Source: an uncultured Candidatus Binatia bacterium (GTDB lineage: Bacteria; Desulfobacterota; Binatia; Bin18). Taken from it: a DNA stretch of 64,000 nucleotides. The notes under the pieces are model-generated. The model saw only the letters and a list, made by a program, of their open reading frames with translations. It was not told where the DNA came from and did not search any database. The position numbers and the translations under genes were made by a program. Positions 18,015-27,383 of the stretch are shown here, piece by piece; the first letter of the stretch is position 1, and the number at the start of each line of letters is the position of its first letter. The stretch lies in assembly GCA_965214605.1 (NCBI GenBank), contig OZ243961.1:3744001-3808000 (forward strand). The letters are read 5' to 3'.

Positions 18015-19433
18015 ATGAACAAGCGCATCTATTTGAACGCCTTTCACATGAACTGCGTTGTTCATCAGTCGCCAGGACTGTGGATCCGCGAAGATGATAA
18101 CATGGTCAATTATACCGACCTCAATCAGTGGGTGGAACTGGCCAAACTGCTGGAACGGGGAAGGTTTGACGCGCTGTTCTTGGCCGATGTAGTCGGGGTG
18201 TACGATGTGTTTCGCGGCAACCGGGAAGCGGCCGTATCCGAAGCTGCCCAGATACCGGTCAACGATCCCATGCTGTTAATCCCCGCCATGGCGCAGGCGA
18301 CTCAACATCTGGGCTTTGGTTTCACCAGTTCCATATTGCAATATCCCCCGTTTACCTTTGCCCGGCTCATCTCGACCCTTGACCATCTCACCAAAGGGCG
18401 CATTGCCTGGAATATTGTGACCTCGTACCTCGAAAGCGCGGGTCGAAACTATGGGCAGACGGGGTTGCCTGAGCATGACGAACGCTACGCCATAGCCGAT
18501 GAGTACTGCGACGTGTGTTACAAGCTGTGGGAGACGAGCTGGGAGGACGACGCGGTCGTCAAAGACCGAGCACGAGGCATCTACGCCGATCCAGCCAAAG
18601 TGCATGAGGTCAAGCATGACGGCCGCTATTACCGCGTGCACGGCTGCCACTTGTCCGAACCTTCTCCGCAACGGACCCCGGTTCTCTTCCAGGCCGGGGC
18701 GTCGTCACGTGGGCGCGAGTTTGCCGCCCGCCATGCCGAATGTGTATTCGTACTTGGCTCAAAGCCCGAGGTGGATGGACAGTACATTCGGGATATCCGT
18801 CGGCTTGCTCATCAGCAGGGGAGAAATCCCGAAGAGATTCTGTGTTTTGCGTATGTGAAGGTTATCACTGGTGAGACAGAAGCCGTGGCGAAGCGCAAGT
18901 ACGAGGAATATTTTGAACAGTGTCGGTACGATGGAGGATTGGCACTACTGAGTGGCTGGAGTGGGATTGACTTTGGACAGTTTGAGCCAGATCAGCCGCT
19001 GGAATATATTGAGACCAACGCCATCCGCACGCTCGTCCACAGCTTTACCGAGGGCGATCCAAGTCGTCAATGGACCATGCGCGATTTGGCCCGCTACGTT
19101 GGCATTGGGGGAGCTGGGCCGGTATTGGTCGGTCCGCCAGAACACATTGCCGATCAGTTTGAGGACTGGATTGCGGCTGGCGTTGACGGGTTCAACCTCG
19201 CCTATACGACAACCCCAGGTTCGTTTGAAGAGTTTATCGACGGTGTTGTTCCTGTACTCCAAAAGCGTGGCCGCATACAACAGGAATATGCACCCGGAAC
19301 ATTACGGGAAAAACTCTATGGAAGCGGCCGTACCCGACTCCTTGACCCACATCCGGCTGCCCAGCACCGGTATCTGGGAGCCGCTACCCCTGTGTCACCA
19401 GACCAGCTCAGGTGTGAGCGAGACGCTCACTGA
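18015..19433 (+). CDS. FMNH2-dependent monooxygenase, NtaA/DszA/SnaA family (LLM class)
   Basis: LERGRFDALFLADVVG, TLDHLTKGRIAWNIVTS, EPSPQRTPVLFQAGASSRGREFAARHAE, VDGFNL, GTLREKL. Confidence 0.93.
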   Translation: MNKRIYLNAFHMNCVVHQSPGLWIREDDNMVNYTDLNQWVELAKLLERGRFDALFLADVVGVYDVFRGNREAAVSEAAQIPVNDPMLLIPAMAQATQHLGFGFTSSILQYPPFTFARLISTLDHLTKGRIAWNIVTSYLESAGRNYGQTGLPEHDERYAIADEYCDVCYKLWETSWEDDAVVKDRARGIYADPAKVHEVKHDGRYYRVHGCHLSEPSPQRTPVLFQAGASSRGREFAARHAECVFVLGSKPEVDGQYIRDIRRLAHQQGRNPEEILCFAYVKVITGETEAVAKRKYEEYFEQCRYDGGLALLSGWSGIDFGQFEPDQPLEYIETNAIRTLVHSFTEGDPSRQWTMRDLARYVGIGGAGPVLVGPPEHIADQFEDWIAAGVDGFNLAYTTTPGSFEEFIDGVVPVLQKRGRIQQEYAPGTLREKLYGSGRTRLLDPHPAAQHRYLGAATPVSPDQLRCERDAH

Positions 19434-19643
19434 CCACCTCCTCCTCTCTCTGAGGGGCTGCATTATATTGATCGCTTCTAGTGGGGTCGAACCGTCTTGA
19501 GCGACCGGGCTTTTGCGCCCCACCTCTTTACTCTTGACGCAGAAGCGTTTATCTTCCGGCGGTGCACGGGAGTAGCGAGGTTCACCCGACTGTCCGTATT
19601 TTTACACCCCAGGAGAGGTCTGTTATGAGGGAGGGAATCATTG

Positions 19644-21704
19644 ATGGGCACGCTTGCTAACGTTTCGCCTGCTTTAGGCATCATCGGTCTGGTGGTCGCA
19701 TTTCTGATCTACCGCTCGGTCGCCAGCCGCTCGGCTGGCAGCGAGCGGATGCGGGAGATTTCGGGCTACATTTATGAAGGTGCGATGGCCTTTCTCAAGC
19801 GCGAATATCAGATTTTGAGTATCTTTGTGATTGTGGTTTTTCTGCTGCTGATATGGGCTGTTGCCTGGCAAACCGGGGTTGCCTTTCTGACCGGGGCGAT
19901 CTTTTCTGTCCTGGCCGGACTTTTTGGCATGCAGTCCGCCACCAAGGCCAACGTTCGGACGTCTGAGGCGGCCCGAGCAGAAGGTCAAGCTGCGGCTCTG
20001 TTGACTGCCTTTGACGGTGGTGCGGTGATGGGCCTGGCGGTGGCCAGCCTAGGCCTGCTTGGCGTGGGCATCTTCCTCGGTGTGTTCTCCGATCCTGCGA
20101 CCTCACGCTACATCAGCGGTTTTGCGATGGGAGCGAGCTCAATTGCGCTCTTTGCCCGGGTCGGCGGTGGGATTTATACCAAGGCGGCTGACGTTGGCAG
20201 TGACCTCGTTGGAAAAGTCGAGGCTGGCATCCCCGAAGATGATCCGCGCAACCCTGGTGTAATTGCTGATAACGTCGGTGATAACGTCGGTGATGTGGCC
20301 GGTATGGGAGCGGATATTTTTGAGTCGTATGTGGGCTCCATCATCGCCACAATCGCCATTGGTGCCACCGTGATAGCGGGGAGCGACAACTGGCACAAAC
20401 TGGGGGGGGACGTCGTTGAAGACGCCATTCTCCGTAGTGCCCTGATGGCTTTGCCTCTCAGCATGGCGGCAATCGGCCTGCTGGCGTCGTTTCTGGGCAT
20501 TGCTTCAATGCGGGGCCTCAAGAGTATCGGCCCTCAGGCTGCCCTGCGCTATGCCGGCTGGATTGCGGCTGGCGCGTTTCTGATCGTCGCCTTTGTCTTA
20601 ATCGTTATCTCTCCGGTCAAGACCGGCATCTTCTGGGCACTGGCCGCCGGCTGCCTTGTCGGCATTGGCATCGGCCTGATCACCGAGTACTATACCTCAG
20701 CCGGCCCGGTCGAGCGGATCGCCGAAGCTAGCAAAACGGGCTATGCCACCAACATCATTCACGGTATGGCGGTTGGCCTCGAAAGCTGCGCTCTGCCCGT
20801 GCTGGGTATCTGCGTGGCGATCTTCATCGCCAACTATTTTGCTGGCCTGTACGGCATCGGCATTGCCGGGGTCGGTATGCTGGCTACCGTCGGTATAACT
20901 ATGACGGTGGATGCCTACGGCCCGGTCGCCGATAATGCCGGGGGGATTTCAGAGATGGCCGAACTCGGGCCTGAGGTGCGTAAAATTACCGATGGTCTCG
21001 ACGCCCTTGGCAACACCACTGCGGCAATGGGCAAGGGTTTCGCGATCGGCTCGGCGGCTCTGACCGCCCTCGCCCTCTTTTCAGCTTTCACCCAGGCCGT
21101 TGATCAAAATAGGATCGCCGCTGGTATGGAACCGCTGCGAATCATTGTCACCGACCCTATTGTGGTCATCGGCCTGTTGCTGGGCGGCATCCTCCCGTTC
21201 TTTATCGGCGCTCTGACCATGACCGCGGTGGGCCGTGCGGCAAGCCAGATGGTGGATGAGATCCGCCGGCAGTTCCGTGAGATTCCAGGGTTGCTGGAGG
21301 GCAAACAGGGAGCCCGGCCCGACGCGGCTAGGTGCGTTGATATTTCCACCGCGGCCGCCCTCAAAGAAATGATCGTGCCCGGTCTAACCGCGGTCGTTGC
21401 CCCGGTCGTTGTAGGCTTAGGGCTGGGTGCGGCGGCGCTGGGCGGTATGCTGGCCGGAGCGACCGTCACCGGCGTGTTGCTGGCGTTGCTCATGGCCAAC
21501 GCCGGTGGCGCGTGGGACAATGCCAAAAAGGCCATTGAAAACGGGAACATCCCGGGCGAGGCCAAAGGCGGCGAGGCCCATAAAGCGGCCGTTGTCGGCG
21601 ACACCGTCGGCGACCCTTTCAAGGACACCTCCGGCCCCTCGCTCAACATCCTGATCAAACTGATGTCCATCGTGGCGCTGGTGATTGCACCGCTCTTGGT
21701 CTAG
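19644..21704 (+). CDS. hppA: Membrane-integral pyrophosphatase, K+-dependent, probably Na+-translocating
   Basis: [68 protein letters not shown]. Confidence 0.96.
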   Translation: MGTLANVSPALGIIGLVVAFLIYRSVASRSAGSERMREISGYIYEGAMAFLKREYQILSIFVIVVFLLLIWAVAWQTGVAFLTGAIFSVLAGLFGMQSATKANVRTSEAARAEGQAAALLTAFDGGAVMGLAVASLGLLGVGIFLGVFSDPATSRYISGFAMGASSIALFARVGGGIYTKAADVGSDLVGKVEAGIPEDDPRNPGVIADNVGDNVGDVAGMGADIFESYVGSIIATIAIGATVIAGSDNWHKLGGDVVEDAILRSALMALPLSMAAIGLLASFLGIASMRGLKSIGPQAALRYAGWIAAGAFLIVAFVLIVISPVKTGIFWALAAGCLVGIGIGLITEYYTSAGPVERIAEASKTGYATNIIHGMAVGLESCALPVLGICVAIFIANYFAGLYGIGIAGVGMLATVGITMTVDAYGPVADNAGGISEMAELGPEVRKITDGLDALGNTTAAMGKGFAIGSAALTALALFSAFTQAVDQNRIAAGMEPLRIIVTDPIVVIGLLLGGILPFFIGALTMTAVGRAASQMVDEIRRQFREIPGLLEGKQGARPDAARCVDISTAAALKEMIVPGLTAVVAPVVVGLGLGAAALGGMLAGATVTGVLLALLMANAGGAWDNAKKAIENGNIPGEAKGGEAHKAAVVGDTVGDPFKDTSGPSLNILIKLMSIVALVIAPLLV

Positions 21705-21728
21705 CAGTCCTCTCTCTGTGTCGGTTTT

Positions 21729-21758
21729 AAGGGCGGGTCTTGGACCTGCCCTTTTTTT
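21729..21758 (+). terminator. Rho-independent terminator of hppA
   Basis: aagggcgggtc-ttg-gacctgccc followed by a T7 run. Confidence 0.85.
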
Positions 21759-21869
21759 AGCTTGAAAGCCGCGGCGAACACGAACTCGGCGCGCCCGCGG
21801 GGGTGATGCGAGGACAGGGGAGGAAACGATTGGTAGACCAGTTCGCCTCTCCCTCTTTCACCCTTCAAA

Positions 21870-21885
21870 GGGCACGGCTAGTGCT
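21870..21885 (+). promoter_or_regulatory. Possible sigma54 -24/-12 element
   Basis: gGGCACGgctaGTGCT has correct GG-N10-GC spacing and two mismatches to TGGCACG-N4-TTGCW; no clear downstream CDS. Confidence 0.3.
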
Positions 21886-22015
21886 TTTTGTTCTTGTTAG
21901 GACTGTTGAAAATGATTGCTTCCAAATTCCGAGAGATTTTCACCTCCGCTAGAATCAGATCAATCAAGTGCTGACGCTCGTCGTCTGAAAGTTTGAAAGC
22001 CTTCCAGGACAGCAC
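21878..22015 (-). CDS. Putative 45-aa small protein
   Basis: GTG-start ORF VLSWKAFKLSDDERQHLIDLILAEVKISRNLEAIIFNSPNKNKKH; amphipathic, no clear RBS, below the ORF-track size cutoff. Confidence 0.25.
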   Translation of the reverse strand: MLSWKAFKLSDDERQHLIDLILAEVKISRNLEAIIFNSPNKNKKH

Positions 22016-22494
22016 AAAATCAAAGCAAAGTCCCGTGCCGAAAGCGTCGTCCCAGCAGGGGAGAGCAATCTCCTACCAGAATCCCGTAAGCGTGGGACTG
22101 TCTTATGCGTGAGCGCCTTGCGGCTGTCAGTACTCGTAGATGGTGACCGAGTCCCCCCCTTTTCCCCTTTGAGCCTCGATTTTAGCTTTAATGACCACTC
22201 GAGGTTTCCGGTCCTGATTCGTCACTTGCTCAGAGATGAGTCAGTCGGTCTGGCAAGAAATATCGTTGCCGTTTTCAACTCGTGGTCCGTATAGCTCAAT
22301 ATCCCGCGCCTATAGGCGAGCTTTTTCTGATCGGTAACCGATGAGTTTTGGCATCTCTTCTGGGTCAATGGCTCTCTCTGAACTACGTGGACGATTGAGT
22401 GGACCCCCCCCTTCTCTTTTCTTTCATTGCTGGACTTCTGCTGCAAGTAAGCCTCAGTAAGCTGCGTTCCGTTGATCCGACACCCCCGCCGCCG

Positions 22495-24279
22495 TCACAT
22501 GGCATCCCGCTTGATCCGCCCCTGCTCGTCGGCCGTCCAGGCCGGTAGGACGAGAGCGGCTGGCACTTCAAGCAGGGTGAGCCGCTTTCTGCCTTTTGGC
22601 CCGGTGCCCTGACTGATGTCGAGTCGCCGCACTTGCGGGAAAACCTCGTCGGGACTGATTGCTCCCTCGTTATTTCGTCGGTCGAGTTGGCGCAGACGCT
22701 CCCATTCTTTCTCCCATGCCAGGATGTAATATGGCTCAGTCGGGGTCGTTGAGGGCGAGTAAAACGGGATGTGCCGGTCGGCGTAGAACAGGGCTCCGCT
22801 GTCAAAGCAGCGGTAGAAGAACAGCGGCCGCGCACCGACCTGTGAAGCGATACGGTCCATGAACGGCCGGTAGGTCCGGGCCGTAGCAATCGTCGGCTGA
22901 ATAACGTGGTTTACAAGCAAAAACATGCTTGTTGTAAAGACCGCTAGTGCCCCGAACACCGCTTCCCAGGTGCGGCGGCGCAAACCTAACACTAGTCCGG
23001 TCATTGCTCCGCCAACGCCCACCATCCAGGCGCCGAAGGCCAAGGGATGAGACGCCACGACTCCGCTGAACAGCGGCAGATTACTCTGATCCTTGGGGTG
23101 TAGCAGAGGTCGGATCAGGGCGAACGGGTCCAGGCCGCCGGCTTCGGCCACTACTCCGATCACTGCGATAACAATGACGGCGGCGCTTGCATAACCGCCT
23201 CCCCGCAAAAGTCGATTAAATCCCCGTGGTAGCTCGACCTCGTCTCGGCGCAGTGCTTGCCACCATGCTCCGAGCAGCAGGGCCGCGGCCGGATACAACG
23301 GTAAGATGTACACGCTGCGTTTACTGCTAGAGGCCGAATAGAACACAAACACGACCGTAAACCAAACAAGTGGGAACAGGAGCTGTTGCTGTGCCCAGCG
23401 GCCGCGAGACCGATATAGAAAATAGACCAGCGGCGGGAAGAAAAAGCTCCACGGGGCCATACCCATGAAGAAGTTGGGGATAAAATAGTAGAAGGGATGA
23501 ACGTGTCCGGCACCGGCCGATCCGCTGGAGATAAACCGCAGCAGGTTCTCTTTCAGAATCTGCTTTTCAAAAAACGCCTCGCCGCCCTGCCACAGCGCCA
23601 GTCCATACCACGCGCCGGCCACACACAGGTACAGCAACCCACCGCTGAATAGATGCATGCGGTGCAGAAATCCGAGCTCTCGGCGGAGCAACAAAAATCC
23701 TCCCACGATCAGTCCTGGCAGCACGCCCCCGACCGGCCCTTTAGCCAGGGTTGCCAGGCCGGCCAGGCCAAAGAAACCAAGCGCATGAGTCCAGCCGAAA
23801 CGCCGAGTGCGGTAGCCCGACCAAAAGGTCAACAGAGCGGCGACCATGAAAAACGTCAGTGTCATATCGACCCGGGCTGTGGTTGCGGCGCGGACCCATT
23901 CAAAACTCGTTGCCAGGCACAGACCGGCGAGCAGTCCGGCCTCGACTCCCCACACCGCGACTGCCGTTCGGTAGGTCAGAACTACGCCCAACAGGGCGAG
24001 TAGAGCCGATGGGAGACGGATCGCAAATTCGTTCAGCGCTCCCTGAAGGTGGGCCGTGAGCGCGCCGAGCCAGTGAAAGAGCGGCGGTTTTGAGGGAATT
24101 ATATGGCCGTTGCGTAGGGGTAAGATCCATTCCCCGTGGGTATAGATCTCCCACACCACAGTGGCTTCTCGGGGTTGGCCTTTGGTATAAAAAGGCAGAT
24201 CGCCCAGTCCCCAGACGTACAGGCCGAGGCACAGGCAAACGAGACCGATAGCGGCGGGCAGGGGGCGCACGGGTCTCAA
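22495..24279 (-). CDS. ArnT/GT39-like (GT-C fold) polyprenyl-phosphate-sugar glycosyltransferase, paralog 2
   Basis: WILPLRNG...KPPLFHW, EFAIRLPSA, ARVDM, LAKGPVG, HPFYYF, SKRSVYILPLYP; many TM segments. Confidence 0.9.
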   Translation of the reverse strand: MRPVRPLPAAIGLVCLCLGLYVWGLGDLPFYTKGQPREATVVWEIYTHGEWILPLRNGHIIPSKPPLFHWLGALTAHLQGALNEFAIRLPSALLALLGVVLTYRTAVAVWGVEAGLLAGLCLATSFEWVRAATTARVDMTLTFFMVAALLTFWSGYRTRRFGWTHALGFFGLAGLATLAKGPVGGVLPGLIVGGFLLLRRELGFLHRMHLFSGGLLYLCVAGAWYGLALWQGGEAFFEKQILKENLLRFISSGSAGAGHVHPFYYFIPNFFMGMAPWSFFFPPLVYFLYRSRGRWAQQQLLFPLVWFTVVFVFYSASSSKRSVYILPLYPAAALLLGAWWQALRRDEVELPRGFNRLLRGGGYASAAVIVIAVIGVVAEAGGLDPFALIRPLLHPKDQSNLPLFSGVVASHPLAFGAWMVGVGGAMTGLVLGLRRRTWEAVFGALAVFTTSMFLLVNHVIQPTIATARTYRPFMDRIASQVGARPLFFYRCFDSGALFYADRHIPFYSPSTTPTEPYYILAWEKEWERLRQLDRRNNEGAISPDEVFPQVRRLDISQGTGPKGRKRLTLLEVPAALVLPAWTADEQGRIKRDAM

Positions 24280-24282
24280 TTC

Positions 24283-26019
24283 TTAGTCCGACGAACCGGA
24301 CGACGTGTCCGATTTTGCCGGCAACAGCGTAACCAGAGCTAAACGATGCTTTTTATCCGGCCCTCTGCCATGACTCGTGACCAGATGCGCGAGTCGAGGC
24401 GATTCAGTCGGTGGCAGTCGGTGCCAGTCTTCCTCGCGCATAAGCAAATACAGCTGTGAGTCGCCATTTGTCGCCAGGTGAGCTAAATCCTGGGTGTAGG
24501 ATGGGATGCGCCGGTCGGCATAAAAATTTGCGCCGTAGTCATAGGCCTTTTTATAGAAGTACAGCGGCGCGTTTTGCACGGTTGAACGGGCTCCCAGCAT
24601 AAACGGTTTATACGTTCGCTCTTTGGCTAAAATCGGATGAAAGAGCGCGTTGGTAAAATACAGCGAGGAGGACACGAGAACGGTCAGAGCGGCAAACACC
24701 CACATCCACTGCTTCCGCTTGAAGCCCACAAAATACCAGCCTAGAGCAAACGCCAGTATACTCAGCCACACCATAACGACCAGGACATGGCTCTGTAAGC
24801 CCTGGGCCACCAGGGGCAGATTGGCCTGATCGCGGGGATGTAAAAAGGGCAAGACAAGATGGGCGAGATCAATCCCGGCTCCGTGGGCGAGGAGGCCCAA
24901 GACAATGGCCGCAAATCCGCCTCCCAGTAGCACAGCCGACGCATGGGTGAGACGTTTGACAGTGGGCGAGAAGGCCACCGCCCGATCTATCAATTCTTGC
25001 CACCACACCCCCAGCAAGAGGGCCAGAGCCGGGTACAGGGGCAGGGTGTAATTGCTCCGCTTGCCGGAAGCCAGGCTAAAGAACAGCAGTTCAACCCCAC
25101 ACCAGATAATCAGATAGCGACGCTGAGCGTCGTCCCGGCTGTGGGAGTGGTACAGAGCGCAGATCAGGGCCGGAAAAAATAGACTCCATGGCAACATACC
25201 GGCGCATAAGGTCGGTATATAGTAATAAAAAGAGTGATCCCGGCTCGGCCCACCCTGCTCGCTGGCAAAGAAGCGAAAGATGTTCTCATCCAGAATTTGG
25301 CGTGAGATGAACTCTCCGCCACCCTCGGATATGGCGAGTACGTACCACGACGCCGCAATCAGAAGTGTGACCAGCGGCCCACCCAGAATCTTCATCCGCC
25401 GGAGGAATTGTAGGTCTCGGCGATCGGCCAGAAAGGCCACAATAACCAGGCTCGGCAGCAGGAACCCCAACGGCCCTTTGGCCAAAGTTGCCAGCCCCAG
25501 GCTTATATAAAACAAATATGCCGTGCCACGCCGGGTTGCGCGTTGTTGCCACAGGTGAAAAAAGCTCAACATAGCCACGGTCAGGAAAAGGACCAGCAAC
25601 ATGTCACTCCGGGCATGAATAGCCCAGCGCGCCCACTCCGGTGAGGTGGCCAGTATAAGCGCGCCAAACAGCCCTACCCGCCAGCTCCACAACGCTTGAC
25701 CAAAGAAAAAAGTCAGCACCACCGTAGCAGTGGCGGCAAAGGCCGAGGGCGCCCGCACGGCAAACTCACTGACCTGACCGCTGAGCAGCGAGAGACCAGC
25801 CCCAAGCCAGTGGAACAGCGGTGGTTTGAGCGGCATCTCGGTGCCGTTACGCCTAGGCAGAATCCAGCCGCCGTCGTTGACGATCTCCCAGACTATCAGC
25901 GCCTCTTTCGACTCTTCGTAGTTGTAAAACGGGATGCGCCCTAATTCCCAGAAATAGAGCAAGGAACACAGAAACAGAAGTCCGCCAACCGTTCGTCTGC
26001 TCCGCTGCGCTTCAAACAT
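24283..26019 (-). CDS. ArnT/GT39-like (GT-C fold) glycosyltransferase, paralog 1
   Basis: WILPRRNG...KPPLFHW, EFAVRAPSA, ARSDM, LAKGPLG, HSFYYY, GKRSNYTLPLYP. Confidence 0.9.
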   Translation of the reverse strand: MFEAQRSRRTVGGLLFLCSLLYFWELGRIPFYNYEESKEALIVWEIVNDGGWILPRRNGTEMPLKPPLFHWLGAGLSLLSGQVSEFAVRAPSAFAATATVVLTFFFGQALWSWRVGLFGALILATSPEWARWAIHARSDMLLVLFLTVAMLSFFHLWQQRATRRGTAYLFYISLGLATLAKGPLGFLLPSLVIVAFLADRRDLQFLRRMKILGGPLVTLLIAASWYVLAISEGGGEFISRQILDENIFRFFASEQGGPSRDHSFYYYIPTLCAGMLPWSLFFPALICALYHSHSRDDAQRRYLIIWCGVELLFFSLASGKRSNYTLPLYPALALLLGVWWQELIDRAVAFSPTVKRLTHASAVLLGGGFAAIVLGLLAHGAGIDLAHLVLPFLHPRDQANLPLVAQGLQSHVLVVMVWLSILAFALGWYFVGFKRKQWMWVFAALTVLVSSSLYFTNALFHPILAKERTYKPFMLGARSTVQNAPLYFYKKAYDYGANFYADRRIPSYTQDLAHLATNGDSQLYLLMREEDWHRLPPTESPRLAHLVTSHGRGPDKKHRLALVTLLPAKSDTSSGSSD

Positions 26020-26135
26020 GCCTCACCTCGCCGCCCGCTCAGGCGTGAGCCGCTCCCAGAACTATCCCAGGTGGCAAGACCACCGGCTCGGCTGGGGTGT
26101 TGCTAGGGCGATTGAGCGAGCGTCTAACCCAGATC

Positions 26136-26402
26136 TCAGCGTGATTCCTCACGTTTCAGCACCCGGTATGCTGTGAGGAGTTGATCGACCCGTTCTTGCT
26201 CGGAAGAGTAGCGTTTCAGACCGAGAAAAAGTTTGACCAACTCATCCTCCCCTGCTTCTTCCGCCGGCTGCAGCACTTTGAGTAACTCATCCACCAGGTT
26301 TGGGAATTTTTCGCTCGGAATGTAATAGTGGGCCCAACCAAACTCGCAGTGACGATGTAGAATCTTCGCAATCATCTTCTCCAGCGAGTCCCGTCCTGCC
26401 AT
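26136..26402 (-). CDS. Hypothetical 88-aa soluble helical protein
   Basis: ATG with TAAGGAGG RBS, an upstream sigma70-like promoter and protein-like composition; no family recognised. Confidence 0.72.
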   Translation of the reverse strand: MAGRDSLEKMIAKILHRHCEFGWAHYYIPSEKFPNLVDELLKVLQPAEEAGEDELVKLFLGLKRYSSEQERVDQLLTAYRVLKREESR

Positions 26403-26471
26403 GAAACCAAATCCTCCTTACACGCTTCACGCCGAGGTCGCTTCTGCGTCCTCGCCTCTCGGGGCGCCGCC

Positions 26472-26500
26472 ACCTTAATGCCTCCACCGGTTGGAGTCAA
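26472..26500 (-). promoter_or_regulatory. Sigma70-type promoter for the 88-aa/ArnT/ArnT unit
   Basis: TTGACT-N17-TAAGGT on the minus strand. Confidence 0.6.
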
Positions 26501-26567
26501 GATAAAAGCCGGGCGCCGGCTAGGGGCCTCTTGCCGTAGTCGGCGGTTTTTGTCACAACCGCCGACC

Positions 26568-27269
26568 ATGGCCAGAAAATTCGCTTCTCCGCTGCCGGGT
26601 CGTATTCATCCGGCGACTGTTCGGGCGCTGCAACAGCGGCTCATAGCCTGGTACCGTCAACACGGCCGCGATCTGCCATGGCGTCGTACCCGTGACCCGT
26701 ATGCGATTCTGGTCTCTGAAGTGATGCTGCAACAGACGCAGGTGCAGCGTGCCCTGCTGTACTACGAAAAATTCCTGTCTCGCTACCCGACTGTAGAGGA
26801 CTTGGCCGGAGCTGCTGAGCCCGAGGTACGTGAAACGTGGCATGGACTAGGCTACTATGCCCGCGTCCGCAACCTGCAAGCGACGAGCCAAAAAATCGTC
26901 GCCGATCATGACGGACGCTTTCCTGACACGCCCGAGGAACTGCAAAAACTGCCCGGTATCGGGCCTTATACGGCTGGGGCCGTATCAAGCTTTGCCTTTC
27001 ATCGCCACGCTGCTATCCTCGACACCAACGCCGCCCGTGTGCTGAGCCGCTTCTTTGCTCTGCCCAAGGAGCAACAAACGACCCGCTTGCTGTGGGCGGT
27101 GGCCCGTCACGTCACCCCGGTCGGGCGGGCGCACGTCTTCAATCAGGCGATTATGGACGTTGGCGCAACTATCTGTACGGCGCGGGGCCCGCGCTGCTCG
27201 GCGTGTCCGTTGCGACCGGTGTGTCGGACGGTTCGGCGAGAAAAAAAAGCGGCAAGAAAAGTCGGCTGA
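26568..27269 (+). CDS. mutY: A/G-specific adenine glycosylase, short form
   Basis: RDLPWR, ILVSEVMLQQTQV, WHGLGYYARVRNL, HhH LPGIGPYTAGA, LDTNAARV, FeS motif C-X6-C-X2-C-X5-C; lacks the C-terminal MutT-like domain. Confidence 0.9.
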   Translation: MARKFASPLPGRIHPATVRALQQRLIAWYRQHGRDLPWRRTRDPYAILVSEVMLQQTQVQRALLYYEKFLSRYPTVEDLAGAAEPEVRETWHGLGYYARVRNLQATSQKIVADHDGRFPDTPEELQKLPGIGPYTAGAVSSFAFHRHAAILDTNAARVLSRFFALPKEQQTTRLLWAVARHVTPVGRAHVFNQAIMDVGATICTARGPRCSACPLRPVCRTVRREKKAARKVG

Positions 27270-27383
27270 GCCCGTCCGGCAGGTACGGGTCAGACCTGTA
27301 TTTGACGATCATGGGTCAGTGGCCTATAGTGAGGTTCCGCAAGTACAGTTCCCCAGAAATTTGATCTGTCACCCGAATATGGC

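Noticed and set aside
19478-19500. GGTTCGA T-loop-like motif on the minus strand (also near 48366-48375)
   Set aside because: No T-stem pairing or cloverleaf, so not a tRNA
22222-22446. 74-aa minus-strand ORF
   Set aside because: TTG start, no RBS and no protein-like features
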